Assembly: GCA_030141605.1 (NCBI GenBank) | Contig: JAQGDQ010000252.1 | Location: forward strand, 248,001 to 312,000 | Source of the DNA: Tubiluchus corallicola | Taxonomy: Eukaryota > Animalia > Priapulida | Direction of reading: 5' to 3' | Length of the DNA: 64,000 nucleotides | Shown here: in pieces, positions 41,510-62,369 of the stretch | Numbering within the stretch: the stretch's first letter is position 1 | Layout of the letters: each line of letters begins with the position of its first letter | Position numbers and translations under genes: made by a program | Notes under the pieces: generated by a model | Databases searched by the model: none | What the model saw: only the letters and a program-made list of their open reading frames with translations | What the model was told of the DNA's origin: nothing

Positions 41510-44500
41510 ATTGTGTCTCTCCCATATCTCTCAGACCCTGAGATCTATTTTTTACCACACTATTGTTCCTTTCTTGCACTCTTGAATTCATTAACTCCTA
41601 CCAATACTCAGTGTCAATAAAAACACTTAATTTAATTCTAATTTGTCATTATTATGTTTTTTCGCCCTCTGTAAAGATGACCCTGTTTTAGTGCACAATT
41701 TTGAGTGGGAGGATGAGTTTCATGAAGGTGAGACATTTTCAAGTGATCATTTGGCAATGCATAATTAGCATCATATATTAGAACTTATTAAGCAACAGGT
41801 TTGAGAAGCATCTTGGTTTTAAGTATTAGTGGTGCTGTTTTATTTATGTGTAGTGTTACTAGTTTACATCTGTCCAGCTTTCCTTACTGTTTCTCAGTGG
41901 CTAAAAGAATTCATGCTCAGAAACTAAATTCTTGGCAGCTGTTACTATTGCTTAGTAATTTATGCCAGCATTTTGTGGGTTTTGTTTAATGAGTAGTAAT
42001 TAGAACTTACTGCTAATACTTACTAACCAATCTTAGCTTCTCAAAAGGTTAACTGAAAGTTCTGCAATGGACATTTAATAAAAAAGCTACTATGAAACAA
42101 TTACACAGTAATGAGAATTTAGAATACAGTGAAGAGTGTGCAGTAATTTTTTGCTACATGTTTCACTTTTTTTTGTATCTGATATGTTAAATTCTTTGTT
42201 GTTACATGCACTCAAGTGTGTGCTATGAAATTACCTTTCTTAGTTGCGAACGGTTTGATGCTCATTTTGCTTAGCAGACTTATAGTTGCTGAAAACATTT
42301 TTTTATGCTTGCTAATTAATAACTACTTGAATGAGTATTTTTCTAGTTTGCAAGTCATTTTCTTTTAATCGACTCAAGTTATGGTATGTTTAATAATGAT
42401 TTTTCTGTGCTTCCATTCTTATTGTCACAAAGGTCAATGAATCATTTTCTTATTTGTGTTATGAGAAATGGGAGTTGGCAACTATAAGAAGATCATGAAA
42501 TGAGCTAGCATGAAATTTTGAAACTTTTTCGGAGATTTAGAGAAATTGCCAAAATTTCAAAGTTACATAGGTTTTCTAAGTTTCTAATTTTATGTAGAAG
42601 CTTGTCAGCTCTTTGAATATTATTTCTCTACGATGACTTTTAACGCTTGTATTTTTTTATCTTAGGTTGCCACTATTTTTGCTCTCACGGTTCAGATTAT
42701 AGTACGAATTTTACTTTAGTTTTTATGTATCCACAGTGCCTTGCTTCTTATGCAATCTGCTGTCTGTATCATCGTTCTTTGCATAAATCATTGCACAGCA
42801 TGTAACAGATGTCTGTTGTATGTTGTAGAAGATGGGTGTTGTAACCGCTGGTTCACCAGATCATTCCACATTTATATGCACCTTAATAAATAAGCTATTT
42901 GTAGAATAACACTGCTTTATTGTAGCTTTTCAACCTATGTGTCTTCTTGCGTTTTTGCATGAAGGAACGCCTGCTTCGCCTAGAAATGTAGGCCGAGATT
43001 CGGTTCTGTTTTGGCTTACTAGAATGACATTATCGAAAATATAAACATTTTCTATGCAAATTTATTTACACCGCCATTAAGAAGCTTGTAGGTATTCTAT
43101 AGGTTCTATAGATCAGTTAACTAGAGAAAAAGCTTACTGCTAGTTTTGTGGTCGTCAAGTGAACTTTATAAATAGGTAATTGAATTAAAAAAATTAAGTC
43201 GCCTGCTTTAGGTCAGCTATATTATGTATTTTTGAGTTACGTACATTGGAAAGGTTATAATTTTGATAAATGATGTTCTTTTTAACTATTTAACTGTCTT
43301 GATTTAAAATAACTATGTAGCTATTTTAGAAGCAGTACTACATACCTGATTGTTTTCTTGCTATAATTTTAAGATAATGTTAATCTGGGCTTTTTTCTGA
43401 TTAATTGTTTCATAATTATGAATCATTTGCAATGGGAATTTGATGTGTAAATCCTAAATGGTCAATACCAAACTTTATGAAAAATCTGCAATCTTGTCTA
43501 AGCTCTTAGCCCTTCAGGTTTGAGCAACCAAATAGTGAATAATTTTATGGAAACTGAATAGATTGAGGAGCACAAATTATTAGGGTCAGCTCAAATGCAT
43601 TTTCATGGTCTGCATGCGGGCAGAAAACATTTGATTATATGTACGTGGGGTTGTTTGTTGAGCAGTTTTGAGTCATATTAACCGTGCAGTTTTGGTTTTT
43701 GATGAAGATGAGGACTTGGATGCAAGCTTGCCGGAGACACCGCCCATTTTGAAGGGTTTGCGACATCCTCTTCCGCAAGCAGAGCAAGCTAAGCCAGGAG
43801 GCGGAATTGAGGAGGAAAAGAAGGAGAAAGAGAAAGGTATGGCTCTCTTGTTTTTCTGCACTGTATGACTCTAGAAATTCTACGTTTATGTTTTTCTATG
43901 TGTACGAATTCGTTGTAGCACAAGCTGTTTTTCCTTATAGCTAGAAAAGTACCTAAGTTGTTTCGATCAAATGTTTAATTTTCTTAAATTGAAAATATTA
44001 ATTACTAGTTGCTGCTATTAGTGTCAACCGTGCGTTATGAAGCACCCATATACGTAAGAAATGAGCAAACTCGTTCTCTATTCCAGCACCACTTCGAGAG
44101 TTAACAGACGAAGAGAAACAGCGAATTTTGGCTTCCGAAGATTTCCTCCGTTTCTTTGAACGTACGACACGCATTACTGAGCGTGCCCTCTGTGAAGACT
44201 TCGATATCTTTAAAGACTATGGACTTGGTGATGAAGACCAGTCAGGAGGGTAAACTTCTATTTCTTGCTGTCTGTAGATATAATAAACTTTTCAGCACAT
44301 CAAAATGTCATTAGAATGATTTGATGAAATAATGTAAATGTACAGAAATATTTTTACAATCGCATTAGGGTGCATGTCTTAATGTTTCACATTATTACCA
44401 AATGTTGTTATTTTTTAGTGATATGCAGACACATGACAAACTGTCAGTGAACAGGACATTTTTCGACGAGAGATGGTCAAAGCATCGTATTGTTACTAGT

Positions 44501-47500
44501 TTAGATTGGTCAACGCAGGTAATATTTGTAAAAATAAACTATGTTGAAATAATAATAGTGGCTACTGTGAGACAGGAATAAATATTCTGGTTAGTTAGCG
44601 AAAAACTTGTTGCTAAATTTGTCTGGATAAACTTCCCTGTTTTTTCAAATTAGTTGTATTTTTCAAAGGTTGTGCCATTTTTTACTTGGCATTTCACTTT
44701 TTTTGTGATTCTTGTGAAAGTTTTGTAGATTCTTCAAAATTGTCACAAAGTTTATTTATGGTTTTGTCTGCATACAGAGTTGCACAGAAACATTCATGAA
44801 TATGTGCATATGCTTGTTATATTATATTATTGTTTACAGTCGCTGCAAAGTGAAAGTTTTAAAATAACACAATGTCATTCATTTTAGTTCCCAGAATTAT
44901 TAGTAGCTGCTTATAATCAGAATGAGGAAGTCGCACACGAGCCGGAGGGAGTGGTTTTAGTCTGGAACCAAAAGTTCAAGAAAAGTACTCCAGAATTTGT
45001 CTTCCATTGCCAGGTAAACTATTGGAATTGTCTTGCCTGTAGTCATTCGTGATTTGTAGAGCATATAAAGCTTTACTGTGTCTAGCGAATTAAAATTGTG
45101 CTGTACAGGATGGCATACTGGGCACAGGTAGTAAAATTAGGAATTAGTAGGTAATAGTATTAGGAATTCGGTCACAAAATTTGATTATTGATTAGTTATA
45201 TTTTACTAGTTAGTAGCAGGATATTTTCCTTTCACTCATTTTTGTGATAAAAAATTGTCTTTTTCTTTTAGTCTTCTGTGGTATCTGCTGCTTTTGCAAA
45301 ATTCCATCCACATCTGATAATCGGTGGAACGTATTCGGGCCAGATTGTTGTTTGGGATAATCGCACTAATAAGCGAACTCCGGTTCAGCGTAGTCCACTC
45401 TCTGCTGCCGCACACACACATCCGGTGTACTGTGTGAATGTGGTCGGGTCACAAAATGCGCATAACCTGGTGAGCATATCGACAGATGGAAAGTTTTGTA
45501 CTTGGAGTCTGGACATGCTTTCTCAACCGCAGGTATGTATTGACCACATTATATGTGAATTTGTTGTTTCTAGTTATTTCACTATACATTTTTACAATTA
45601 AAAAACTCTTTGAACGAGTTTACCTTATAGATGTGACAACAGGGTGTAACTTTTGTTTAGTATTGTGACTGATTAGTAACTGTGAGAACCTAGAGTTGTA
45701 TAGCACAGCTTTGCAATGTAGCCAAGAATCATTTTCAAAATAATTGTTTAGGACTGCTAGCTGAGATAAGTACTTGGATTGGTGATCAGACCTCCAGTTT
45801 AAATCCAATCTGTCCTGTAAAATATCGACAGTAGTTTGAATGCTGCATTGAATGAAAAAACATGTATTCTGCAACATACTATGTTTTGGATAATCTTTGC
45901 TTGTTTATGATTTACAGGAAAGTATGGAATTGCAGCACAAGCAAGCTAAAGCTGTTGCAGTGACATGTATGTGTTTTCCTTATGGCGATGTCAATAACTT
46001 TATAGTCGGTAGTGAAGAAGGGCCTGTTTACACAGCTTGTAGACATGGGAGGTTGGTGTCTGTGTTCTTTATCGATAAATTGAGCATTTGTTCATGTCAC
46101 CATGCTGAAATTTCGAAAATGGTTTAGCTTTTGTATTTTGTTGTAGGTTCCTGTTATTGTAACTAATATTGTATGATACATTTGCTATTAAGAGGCTTCG
46201 AAGTATGTAATATAAGGTATTATTTTTTTATTGCTTACAATGGAGATATTTTTTTATCTTGAACAGTAAAACAGGTGTACTGGACATGTTTGAAGGCCAC
46301 CAAGGTCCAGTTACAGGAATTGACTGCCATGTTGCACAGGGTCAGGTTGATCTTTCACATCTGTTCTTAACCTCTTCTTTTGACTGGACGGTCAAACTGT
46401 GGAGTCAAAAGGTACGGTTGGTGTTTCCTACACCTGTAAGACAATTCAACATTTATTTTGCAATTAGATTTTATCAAGTAAATGACTTAGAATGTCATGT
46501 TTGTATTTGCTCAAGTGCATTGTAGCAAAGAATCTTGCCACATTTGCATGTGTGTTATACATGCTTCTTAAAACAATGCCGAGAATATTTATTATCACCA
46601 AGTTTTTTCGTCAAGTCATTGTTAAATTCAATAGTCAGTGTTCTGTAAAGAAAAACCAAGTATCGAAACAAAATTCATATCTGATTTCTAGTGTGAACAT
46701 TTTTTGAACAACTCTGAAACCGGTTGTTGAGCATTGTGCACAAAAAACAGAAAAGCTCCATTGTTAAACTTCGTATTTCAACTGATATTTCATGTAGGAA
46801 AACAAACCACTATACTCATTTGAGGATAATCAGGACTATGTGTACGATGCTCGCTGGTCTCCTATTAACCCAGCCTTATTTGCAACTGTTGATGGGATGG
46901 GACGTTTGGATGTCTGGAATTTGAACAATGATACAGAAGTATGCTATCACTGATTTCTTTTTTACCTAAATAGAATTTTGTTTTTATCTGCATATTGTGG
47001 TTTGTATCTTCATGTATTGTGTGGCTGATTTACCATATGTGAAATGACAGGTTAATATTTTGATAAGCATGAGGCATAGCATACTGGAATTTATGGAGGT
47101 TGTTAACTTGCTTATAGGTATGCAAAAATTTGTTTACCTGCAGCAATATTTGAATAATGTACTGGAAGGTAAATTAATACAGGCATCTATGTGGAATTTA
47201 ATTCCTAACTTTTATGCTACAGGTACCCACTGTGAGTAAAGTGCTAGAAGATGGCATTGCTTTGAATAAATTGAAGTGGTCGCATTCCGGTCATATGATA
47301 GCTGTTGGTAACGACGTTGGGAAAATATATCTTGTTGATGTTAAAGAGGTACATACAGCTGGTTTTTCTTAAAATGCTTTTGAGCTGATAGATAGAAATT
47401 TTGGGTTGTTAGAAAGAAAGACACCATAATACCCAATGCCCAAATTTTGGCAATGCCTACATTTTCACATGTTGAGTTTTCGTCTGTTCAAATGATTCAT

Positions 47501-48000
47501 TTTTGCTCCCAAAGGTGTTGCTTTTGATGGAAATTTTTACATCAGCCAAGGTCATCTGGGCTTGATATCCCCGTGTGTGACATATTACAATGTGCTTTAA
47601 TATAAAAAAATAGTAAACACTAGGTTGAAAAAAAACAGCAAGTGCTGCTGATAAGAAATGATTATATTAATGAGTGTCAAATTGTCAACTTCTCTTTGCT
47701 TTGTAAAAAATATGCTTAATTCGATACAAGAATAAACTTTTTACATAGATTATTTATGCCAGTTGCAAACATTCCTTTAATTAACCAACATAAAAGAACT
47801 TATAATTACCAGTGCTTGGTTATTGTTGTGATTGTATTGCAGATTATGATTTGTTCTTATTACAGCAAGTTGCAATGCCCAAGAATGACGAATGGTCAAA
47901 ACTTGTGCGCACCTTGCAGGAGATAAAGAGTAACCAAGCAGATGCCGAGGAAGCTTTGAATCTCGCCTCCACACCGTCAATGACGCTTCCAATTCGCTAA
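34472..48000 (+). CDS. DYNC1I: Cytoplasmic dynein 1 intermediate chain (~637 aa core, up to ~667 aa with cassette exons)
   Basis: Core exons: 34472-34558, 36522-36621, 37062-37188, 38246-38367, 43690-43836, 44087-44249, 44419-44518, 44888-45013, 45272-45532, 45918-46051, 46267-46411, 46798-46938, 47223-47348, 47866-48000 (1914 nt, phases consistent). N-terminal helix [16 protein letters not shown]; light-chain site [15 protein letters not shown]; [31 protein letters not shown]; WD40 region ([64 protein letters not shown]). Confidence 0.96.
37586..37603 (+). CDS. DYNC1I: Candidate 18-nt microexon of dynein IC (RLSQKS)
   Basis: ttttcag|GCTGTCACAAAAAAGCAG|gtgagc; symmetric phase 2-2, matching the flanking exons, with no stop. 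Confidence 0.55.
38982..39002 (+). CDS. DYNC1I: 21-nt microexon of dynein IC (GSSLDYY)
   Basis: Pyrimidine tract tttctttctttcttaccaaag|GAAGCTCATTGGATTACTACG|gtgagt; symmetric phase 1; resembles the Drosophila Cdic variable peptide AHATDYY. Confidence 0.75.
40975..41510 (+). repeat. Polypyrimidine-rich low-complexity tract grading into (CTGT)n, (CTGC)n, (ATGT)n and (ATCT)n microsatellites
   Basis: ~370 nt of mostly T/C followed by tetranucleotide repeats, with a pure (ATCT)n run at ~41459-41508. Confidence 0.9.
41677..41727 (+). CDS. DYNC1I: 51-nt cassette exon of dynein IC ([17 protein letters not shown])
   Basis: ttttttcgccctctgtaaag|ATGAC...CATGAAG|gtgaga; symmetric phase 1; EWEDEF matches the Drosophila Cdic variable peptide (..GLEWEDEFT). 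Confidence 0.8.
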
Positions 48001-48073
48001 AATGTCTGGCCTTGCTTTCACTGAGTGTTAAGTTTGCTGAAGATATGTTGCTGCTTGCTGGCAACGTACTGAT

Positions 48074-48547
48074 GTGTTGCTAGTGACAATCGTTATGGTA
48101 ATTTGTTGGTTTGGGACAGTCTTTATGGTGATATGTTACTAGTGACAGTCGTTATGGTAAGCTGTTGCTAGTGATAGTTGTTATGGTAAGCTGTTGCTAG
48201 TGACAGTCGTTATGGTGATCTGTTGCTAGTGACAGTCGTTATGGTAAGCTGTTGCTAGTGTCAGTCGTTATGGTAAGCTGTTGCTAGTGACAGTCGTTAT
48301 GGTAAGCTGTTGCTAGTGACAGTCGTTATGGTAAGCTGTTGCTAGTGACAGTCGTTATGGTAAGCTGTTGCTAGTGATAGTCGTTATGGTGATCTGTTGC
48401 TAGTGACAGTCGTTATGGTAAGCTGTTGCTAGTGACAATCGTTATGGTAAGCTGTTGCTAGTGACAGTCGTTATGGTGATATGTTACTAGTGACAGTTAT
48501 TATGGTGATCTGTTGCTAGTGACAGTTATTATGGTGAGTTGTTGCTG
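48074..48547 (+). repeat. 29-bp minisatellite, ~16 copies, just 3' of the dynein IC stop
   Basis: Unit CTGTTGCTAGTGACAGTCGTTATGGTAAG (variant ending GGTGAT), head-to-tail with no spacers; central copies are near-identical and the ends are degenerate. Confidence 0.95.
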
Positions 48548-51500
48548 ATAAGTCTTGGTGATGATTTTTTACTAATGAGACAGTTGATCTAGTGTTTATG
48601 GCAGTGAGCAGGAAATTTAGTTTAGCAAGTGTGAAGGATCTTAACGCAATCATTAATTAAGCACAGAAAAACAAGAGAAGAAACCTAAAATATCAAGTAA
48701 TGATGTTAGTGGGAAGCATATGTGCAGTCTGTACTTAATTAGTGATTTTGTTGTTATAAAATTTGAAGAAAATTCTTGTATTCTTAGGTGATCTTTTATG
48801 CATTTTCATTTTTTACTTTTCAAGATAGTGCCTGTCCTGTCACGAGATTTCCTATTTATCGTTCTTATTCTTATCATTAGGAATTTCTCTTCGTTACTTG
48901 CTAACTAAATTTCCATACGTAAGCAGTTCAAGTGAACAAATTTATGGCATTCATCAAAATAGCTGTCCTAAATAAATTACGAGAAAGGCAGGACTGTCGT
49001 TTTGTAAATGTTGCAGACCAATGTAATTGTTATGATCTGGGTTTGGCGATTTAGTGGTTTTTCAGTGACTAACCATACTGATTGTGTATGCTTGCATGTT
49101 ACAACTGAACTTCAAATATGTATTGTACCGAACATAAGCTACGTAACAGATTGGAAGATATGAAAAAAAACGTGCTAAGATTTGAGCCTGTCTGCTTTAT
49201 CCCAAATATATCAGATCATTTCTTTTTGTTTTTAGTGGCAAATTGTTCAAAGTATAACAAAGCTCCAATAGTAAAATTTATCGAAAGATTCTATAACAGT
49301 CCAATTTAGTATTTGAAGCTGTTATTAGATTTGCATTGTTTCTGACAAAAGCCCAGAGATTTGAAACTGCCAAGAACTAAAACTGAACATCTCTAGTTTT
49401 TAGCAGTGAATTTCACCTGCAACTGTACTGTCACAGTCATTTTATGTCTTCAGCTGCAGCGCACTTGGCCAAAGCTACTAGTGCATCCAGTATCTAATAA
49501 GCTTAAGATAAAATGCATATTTATGAAGTATTTTATTAATACGTTATCTTATTACATTATAATTATAATATTAAAAACGTGTCACATATAATTGAGAGGC
49601 TACTCAACCATGAATGGGTTACATGCACCAAAGAATAGGGGTTACGTTTTAGTTATATTACAGAGGTAACTAACTGTGATGCATGTTTTGGCAACCTTGT
49701 TGCAATCGGGTGTATATCTTCAGGATAAGTATACAAAATCTGTTTTTGGTGGTAACTAGACTGTGAACAGATTACCATATAATGCTGGAATCTATGTTTT
49801 GGAGATGTGCCTGCTTATTTCTGTGTTATTTATGGCTTCATATTTGTAAAAAAAATAAAATTCGACCCTAAGAAATCCTTTGTTATATTTTTTGTTTAGG
49901 AAATGTACGGACCATACAGTCATATTTCGTTTCCGAAACTCTGAAAAACCAAGTTTTACCTTGGTATTAGGATACATTATCAATGTCTACATGCATCAAA
50001 AGAACATTACAATATTAACACTGAAGATAGCATTCAGTCTGAAACATTCAGAATAGCTGATAAAAGGGGGAAAATGGTTATTTCTACTGATTCAACTAAT
50101 ATATATTATGTGCACTTTACTCAGATACTGAGTTATACAAAAAAAACTGAAATTGAGTGCTGTCATTTATGTAGCTTTACCATGAACAAATTACATGATG
50201 GTTATCTGACGTAACTGTATTATAACAGCAATAAATTATACCTGTACAACTGCATATTATAACTATTTGCATGCTTACGTCTGCTATAATTAATCTAGCT
50301 TTGATACAAGTGGAAAATACAGCAAATGGCAATAATTTAACCATGCTTGTAAATTGTAATTGTATCCCTTCCATGATTGACTTTATTAATTATAATAAAT
50401 TAGTTAGGTTTAACAGAGTTTCAGTCTGTTTGAATCAACAGTTCAACACACTGCAACACTATCTGACTTTTACAGTGCAGTAGACTACAACAAAATGTAA
50501 AACATACTACCCACTACACACATACTGTGAGCACCACTTTCCTACATTAGTATGGATCTGGCATACTTGTTTAACGATATCGAATTATAAAAAACAGTAG
50601 CGTTTGAAAAAGTAAAATAAGTATTACATGTAGAAAATAATTATTATCCCACAAAGAAACATGACTTATTCCTAAGAAATGTCCAGCCTCGATATACTTG
50701 AATACAATACTTGTGTAACAATGTACACATTGCGGGATTCCTGTAGTCAGCTGTTCTAGTCATAGTGCACTGGTTGAGAGGGTAGGTATAACACATTTTT
50801 CCTCGCTGGGCCATGGATTTAATAGGGTAAAAATAATCTATATTAGATGTCGGATGCTATATTTGGCAACTGACGTCTAACATAATGTCAATCATTTTCG
50901 TTGACTGCCCAATCAGTGTGCAAGTTATTTCACACACCCGTGCAGCAGGTACATTCGGGACTTTTAGCTACAGCTCTGCCTAACACTGTTATCAAAAAAT
51001 GCTCACGTTTTCATTAGTTAGCGGGAGAAATATTGGCCTAGTTCTAGATTTTATTATTGTCAATTGAAATTGCAAGTAAACTGGTGGAAATATATAGTCT
51101 AGTTTCGTTGAAGAAATGCACAACGCTTACGTCTATGAGTTGCTGATTAAACCATTTTGCAATCAAGAAAATACGCAGTTTAGTTTAATTTACGGCTTTG
51201 CAAGTTATTTAGGCCTATTTGATTAACTTTAAATAATAATAGTTAAACAATAATTTTAAACAACTATTTGATTAACTTTAAATAAGGACAAAACAAAATG
51301 TTTTCTTTTCTGGCCAGTTTTTAAAAACCTCAATAAGATTTTCACAGTCAAAATCAATTCAAATGTGGTCAAAACTTATAATATACATCAATGTAATATT
51401 AGCTAATTTTATGCTATTTTTCTAGTTATAATCAAGGTTAAAAGATACCATTGGGACTTATGTGAGTCGGGCATTCAATATGCGAGTCGTCTATGGAATG

Positions 51501-52180
51501 GAACAGTCACATTTATCCCATTTCGTTACCCTGACAAACGGAAAAATACAAAAACTTAATAAATCTTGCAGACGAGCACATGATCAATTAATATAGAAAA
51601 ATACGTCGCAGGCTTGATGTTCGTATGTTTAGGCAAGAGAGTCTTAATACTTTTGTTGCTCATGTATTGTAAAGCAAGGCTAACTGGCTTAGTTTCTTTA
51701 TTATATTTATGTCTCTGTATTTTGTAGTGCTTTGAAACTTCATCTCTACATTCTGTTTACATTGAAAAGTCATTTTTTGGCAACTTGAAGTGTTAATTTC
51801 ATGTTAAATAGCTGCTGCTCTGCAAATTTCTGTTTATGAAAAAGAGCAAACAGTTTATCTGCTGATCAGACATTAGTTGTGACTATCGTGTAGTTTAGTT
51901 TAGTTTAGTTTAGCTTAGACATTTGTCCTGTGTGAGCCGTTGTCCCGAATGCTGCTGAGTGTGCTTACGTTGCAGCGGGGGCGGAGCGATACACCAATAT
52001 GTTTGACGTCAATTAAAGCTACTCGGTAGGCTTGCATTGTTTGTTAAAAATGATGCTAACTTTAAATAAAGATTATTCTTATTTATAATGAGCCTTACAT
52101 GAAACACCCTGCTACATTACACTAATACTAAATAAAAAATTTATGGTTATATTATAATAATATAAAAGTTTTCCTTAGTT

Positions 52181-60668
<8,488 letters not shown>

Positions 60669-60858
60669 GATGGTTTGTAAATGATTTCACATAAATGGTC
60701 AAAGATAAAAAGCACTACCACTCATTCATTTAGTCTGCAAATAATGAAACAATGAGTGCACATAAAAAATATTAATATGCGTTAGATTAATGTATGTTTA
60801 ATGTTATATTTCATTAATTCTAAAATTACTATAACCTATGCACTACATCACTGTAATA

Positions 60859-61831
60859 CAGTAGGCGCTGCATAATAGACTCACTTTGGGATCGAAGTGT
60901 TTTGACCCAATTAACTGAAATTAACCGACTGGATATATTAACCAATGGGTGTAGTATTACTGGTATAGAAGTACGAGTCATCAGTTTAGTATGCACTGCA
61001 AAGGTTTTTAATGAACTTTAGAAATGAAGTAATGCCTAAATTCCTTTCTGCAGTTAAAAATTTGAAAAAATATTCTAAAGTATTAATTTACATATAAATG
61101 AATTAGCAATAAATTAAAAAGTATAATTTTCTCAATCACTGTTTATTTGCAAAATTTATAAAAATTCCTTCAAAGTTGGCTGCTTCATTTTATCACAAAG
61201 AAGTTGGCTGACAAAGTTCTCATAATGATAAAAACGTTGAAAATCTGTTGTATGTATGATGCACAAATTCTGGTAAAATACTTGGTGTAAAGTGCTTGGT
61301 GTGCTTAAACTGTTGGCGGGGTTTGTGTTTCTCCGCAAATAGCTTCATCTGTAGTTTTGCCTAAGCTCTCGCTTGCTATAATTGTGACGTACTTACTGTA
61401 CTGTACTGTACCTGCGTCCCTGGCATAACAGCAACATCTAACGTTTAAACTTTCTGGCAAAGAAAGGCAGAGCTTTAAAAGCCGCTAAGTAAGTGATTAA
61501 AGGTCTGGTTCCAGGAATTCTTGGGTAACAACGTTAATTGCAGTGTCCGGGCTGGTCAAAGCAAATATTAGACTAGCATAATTAGCATACGATAAACGTT
61601 CCTACTTACAAACATGATTGTTTCAACGCATATTATAGGACAAAAGCGAACTAAGATGATATAAGTCATGAATGCTTATCAGTCACACAAAAGTGTCTTA
61701 TTGAACTATGTGAAGCAAAAATATGGAGTCAATTATGCAGAGTTATTTGAGTCAATTACCAACAGTTTTTAGGTACATTTGAATAGAAGCGGCTCATACG
61801 CATTTTTGAGTCAATTAAGCTGCACCTACTG
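60859..61831. mobile_element. Tc1/mariner-pogo-type non-autonomous element, 973 bp, TA TSD
   Basis: TA|CAGTAGGCGCTGCATAATAGACTCA ... TGAGTCAATTAAGCTGCACCTACTG|TA (TIRs match 21/25). It lies upstream of the Abi acceptor at 60735-60737, so probably in a 5'-UTR intron. Confidence 0.7.
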
Positions 61832-62057
61832 TACTTCATAATTTCTACATAGAAATGGCTAAATAGTAAGAGGTTTTTTAACTATAGTGCACTTAAAGAA
61901 AAACTTCTTAAAGAGGTTCACAAATAACGTCAGAAAGTTTCAGTAACTAACATGTCATAAGTGCCTTGTGTTAGTTGAGTAATTTGTAAAATCACTTTGA
62001 AGTCACGTCCGTTTCACATATTAACATGTGATAAGTGCCTCGTATTAGTTGAGTAAT

Positions 62058-62369
62058 GCCTACTACACCCACCGCTGAAGGGGCTATTTATCCATACCCA
62101 GTACCCCCCTCGGCCCGTTCCCGTTCTCTACATCTCAGCCGTATAACTTTTGCAAAAAACGGCCGAAAAAGGGCCATTTTTGGAGGTTTTTCGCCCCCCG
62201 TTCCTCCTGGTGGGCCCGATTCGAAAAATAAACCCCCAATGAGACGACACTAGATCGAGACCTTTCTTTTGATATATAGATCGCCGCAAATGGTGCCCTC
62301 GTCCGGGCTGTAGCCTCGAATCTTATATATATATATATAAAACATACCAAGAATATTAATATAAGAGAT
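62058..62369 (+). mobile_element. GC-rich insertion (Helentron/HINE-like) interrupting a dispersed repeat
   Basis: Abrupt GC-rich block ending in (TA)n...AATATAAGAGAT. It splits the host motif ..TTAGTTGAGTAAT|ACGCAAAATCACTTT, which is uninterrupted at ~61963-62010. Confidence 0.5.

Noticed and set aside
40765-41585. Long ORFs of 258, 198 and 112 aa rich in F/L/S
   Set aside because: Artefacts of the pyrimidine tract and microsatellites (few stop codons possible), lying inside a dynein intron.
48074-48547. CRISPR array
   Set aside because: The 29-bp units are contiguous with no unique spacers; eukaryotic context with no cas genes.
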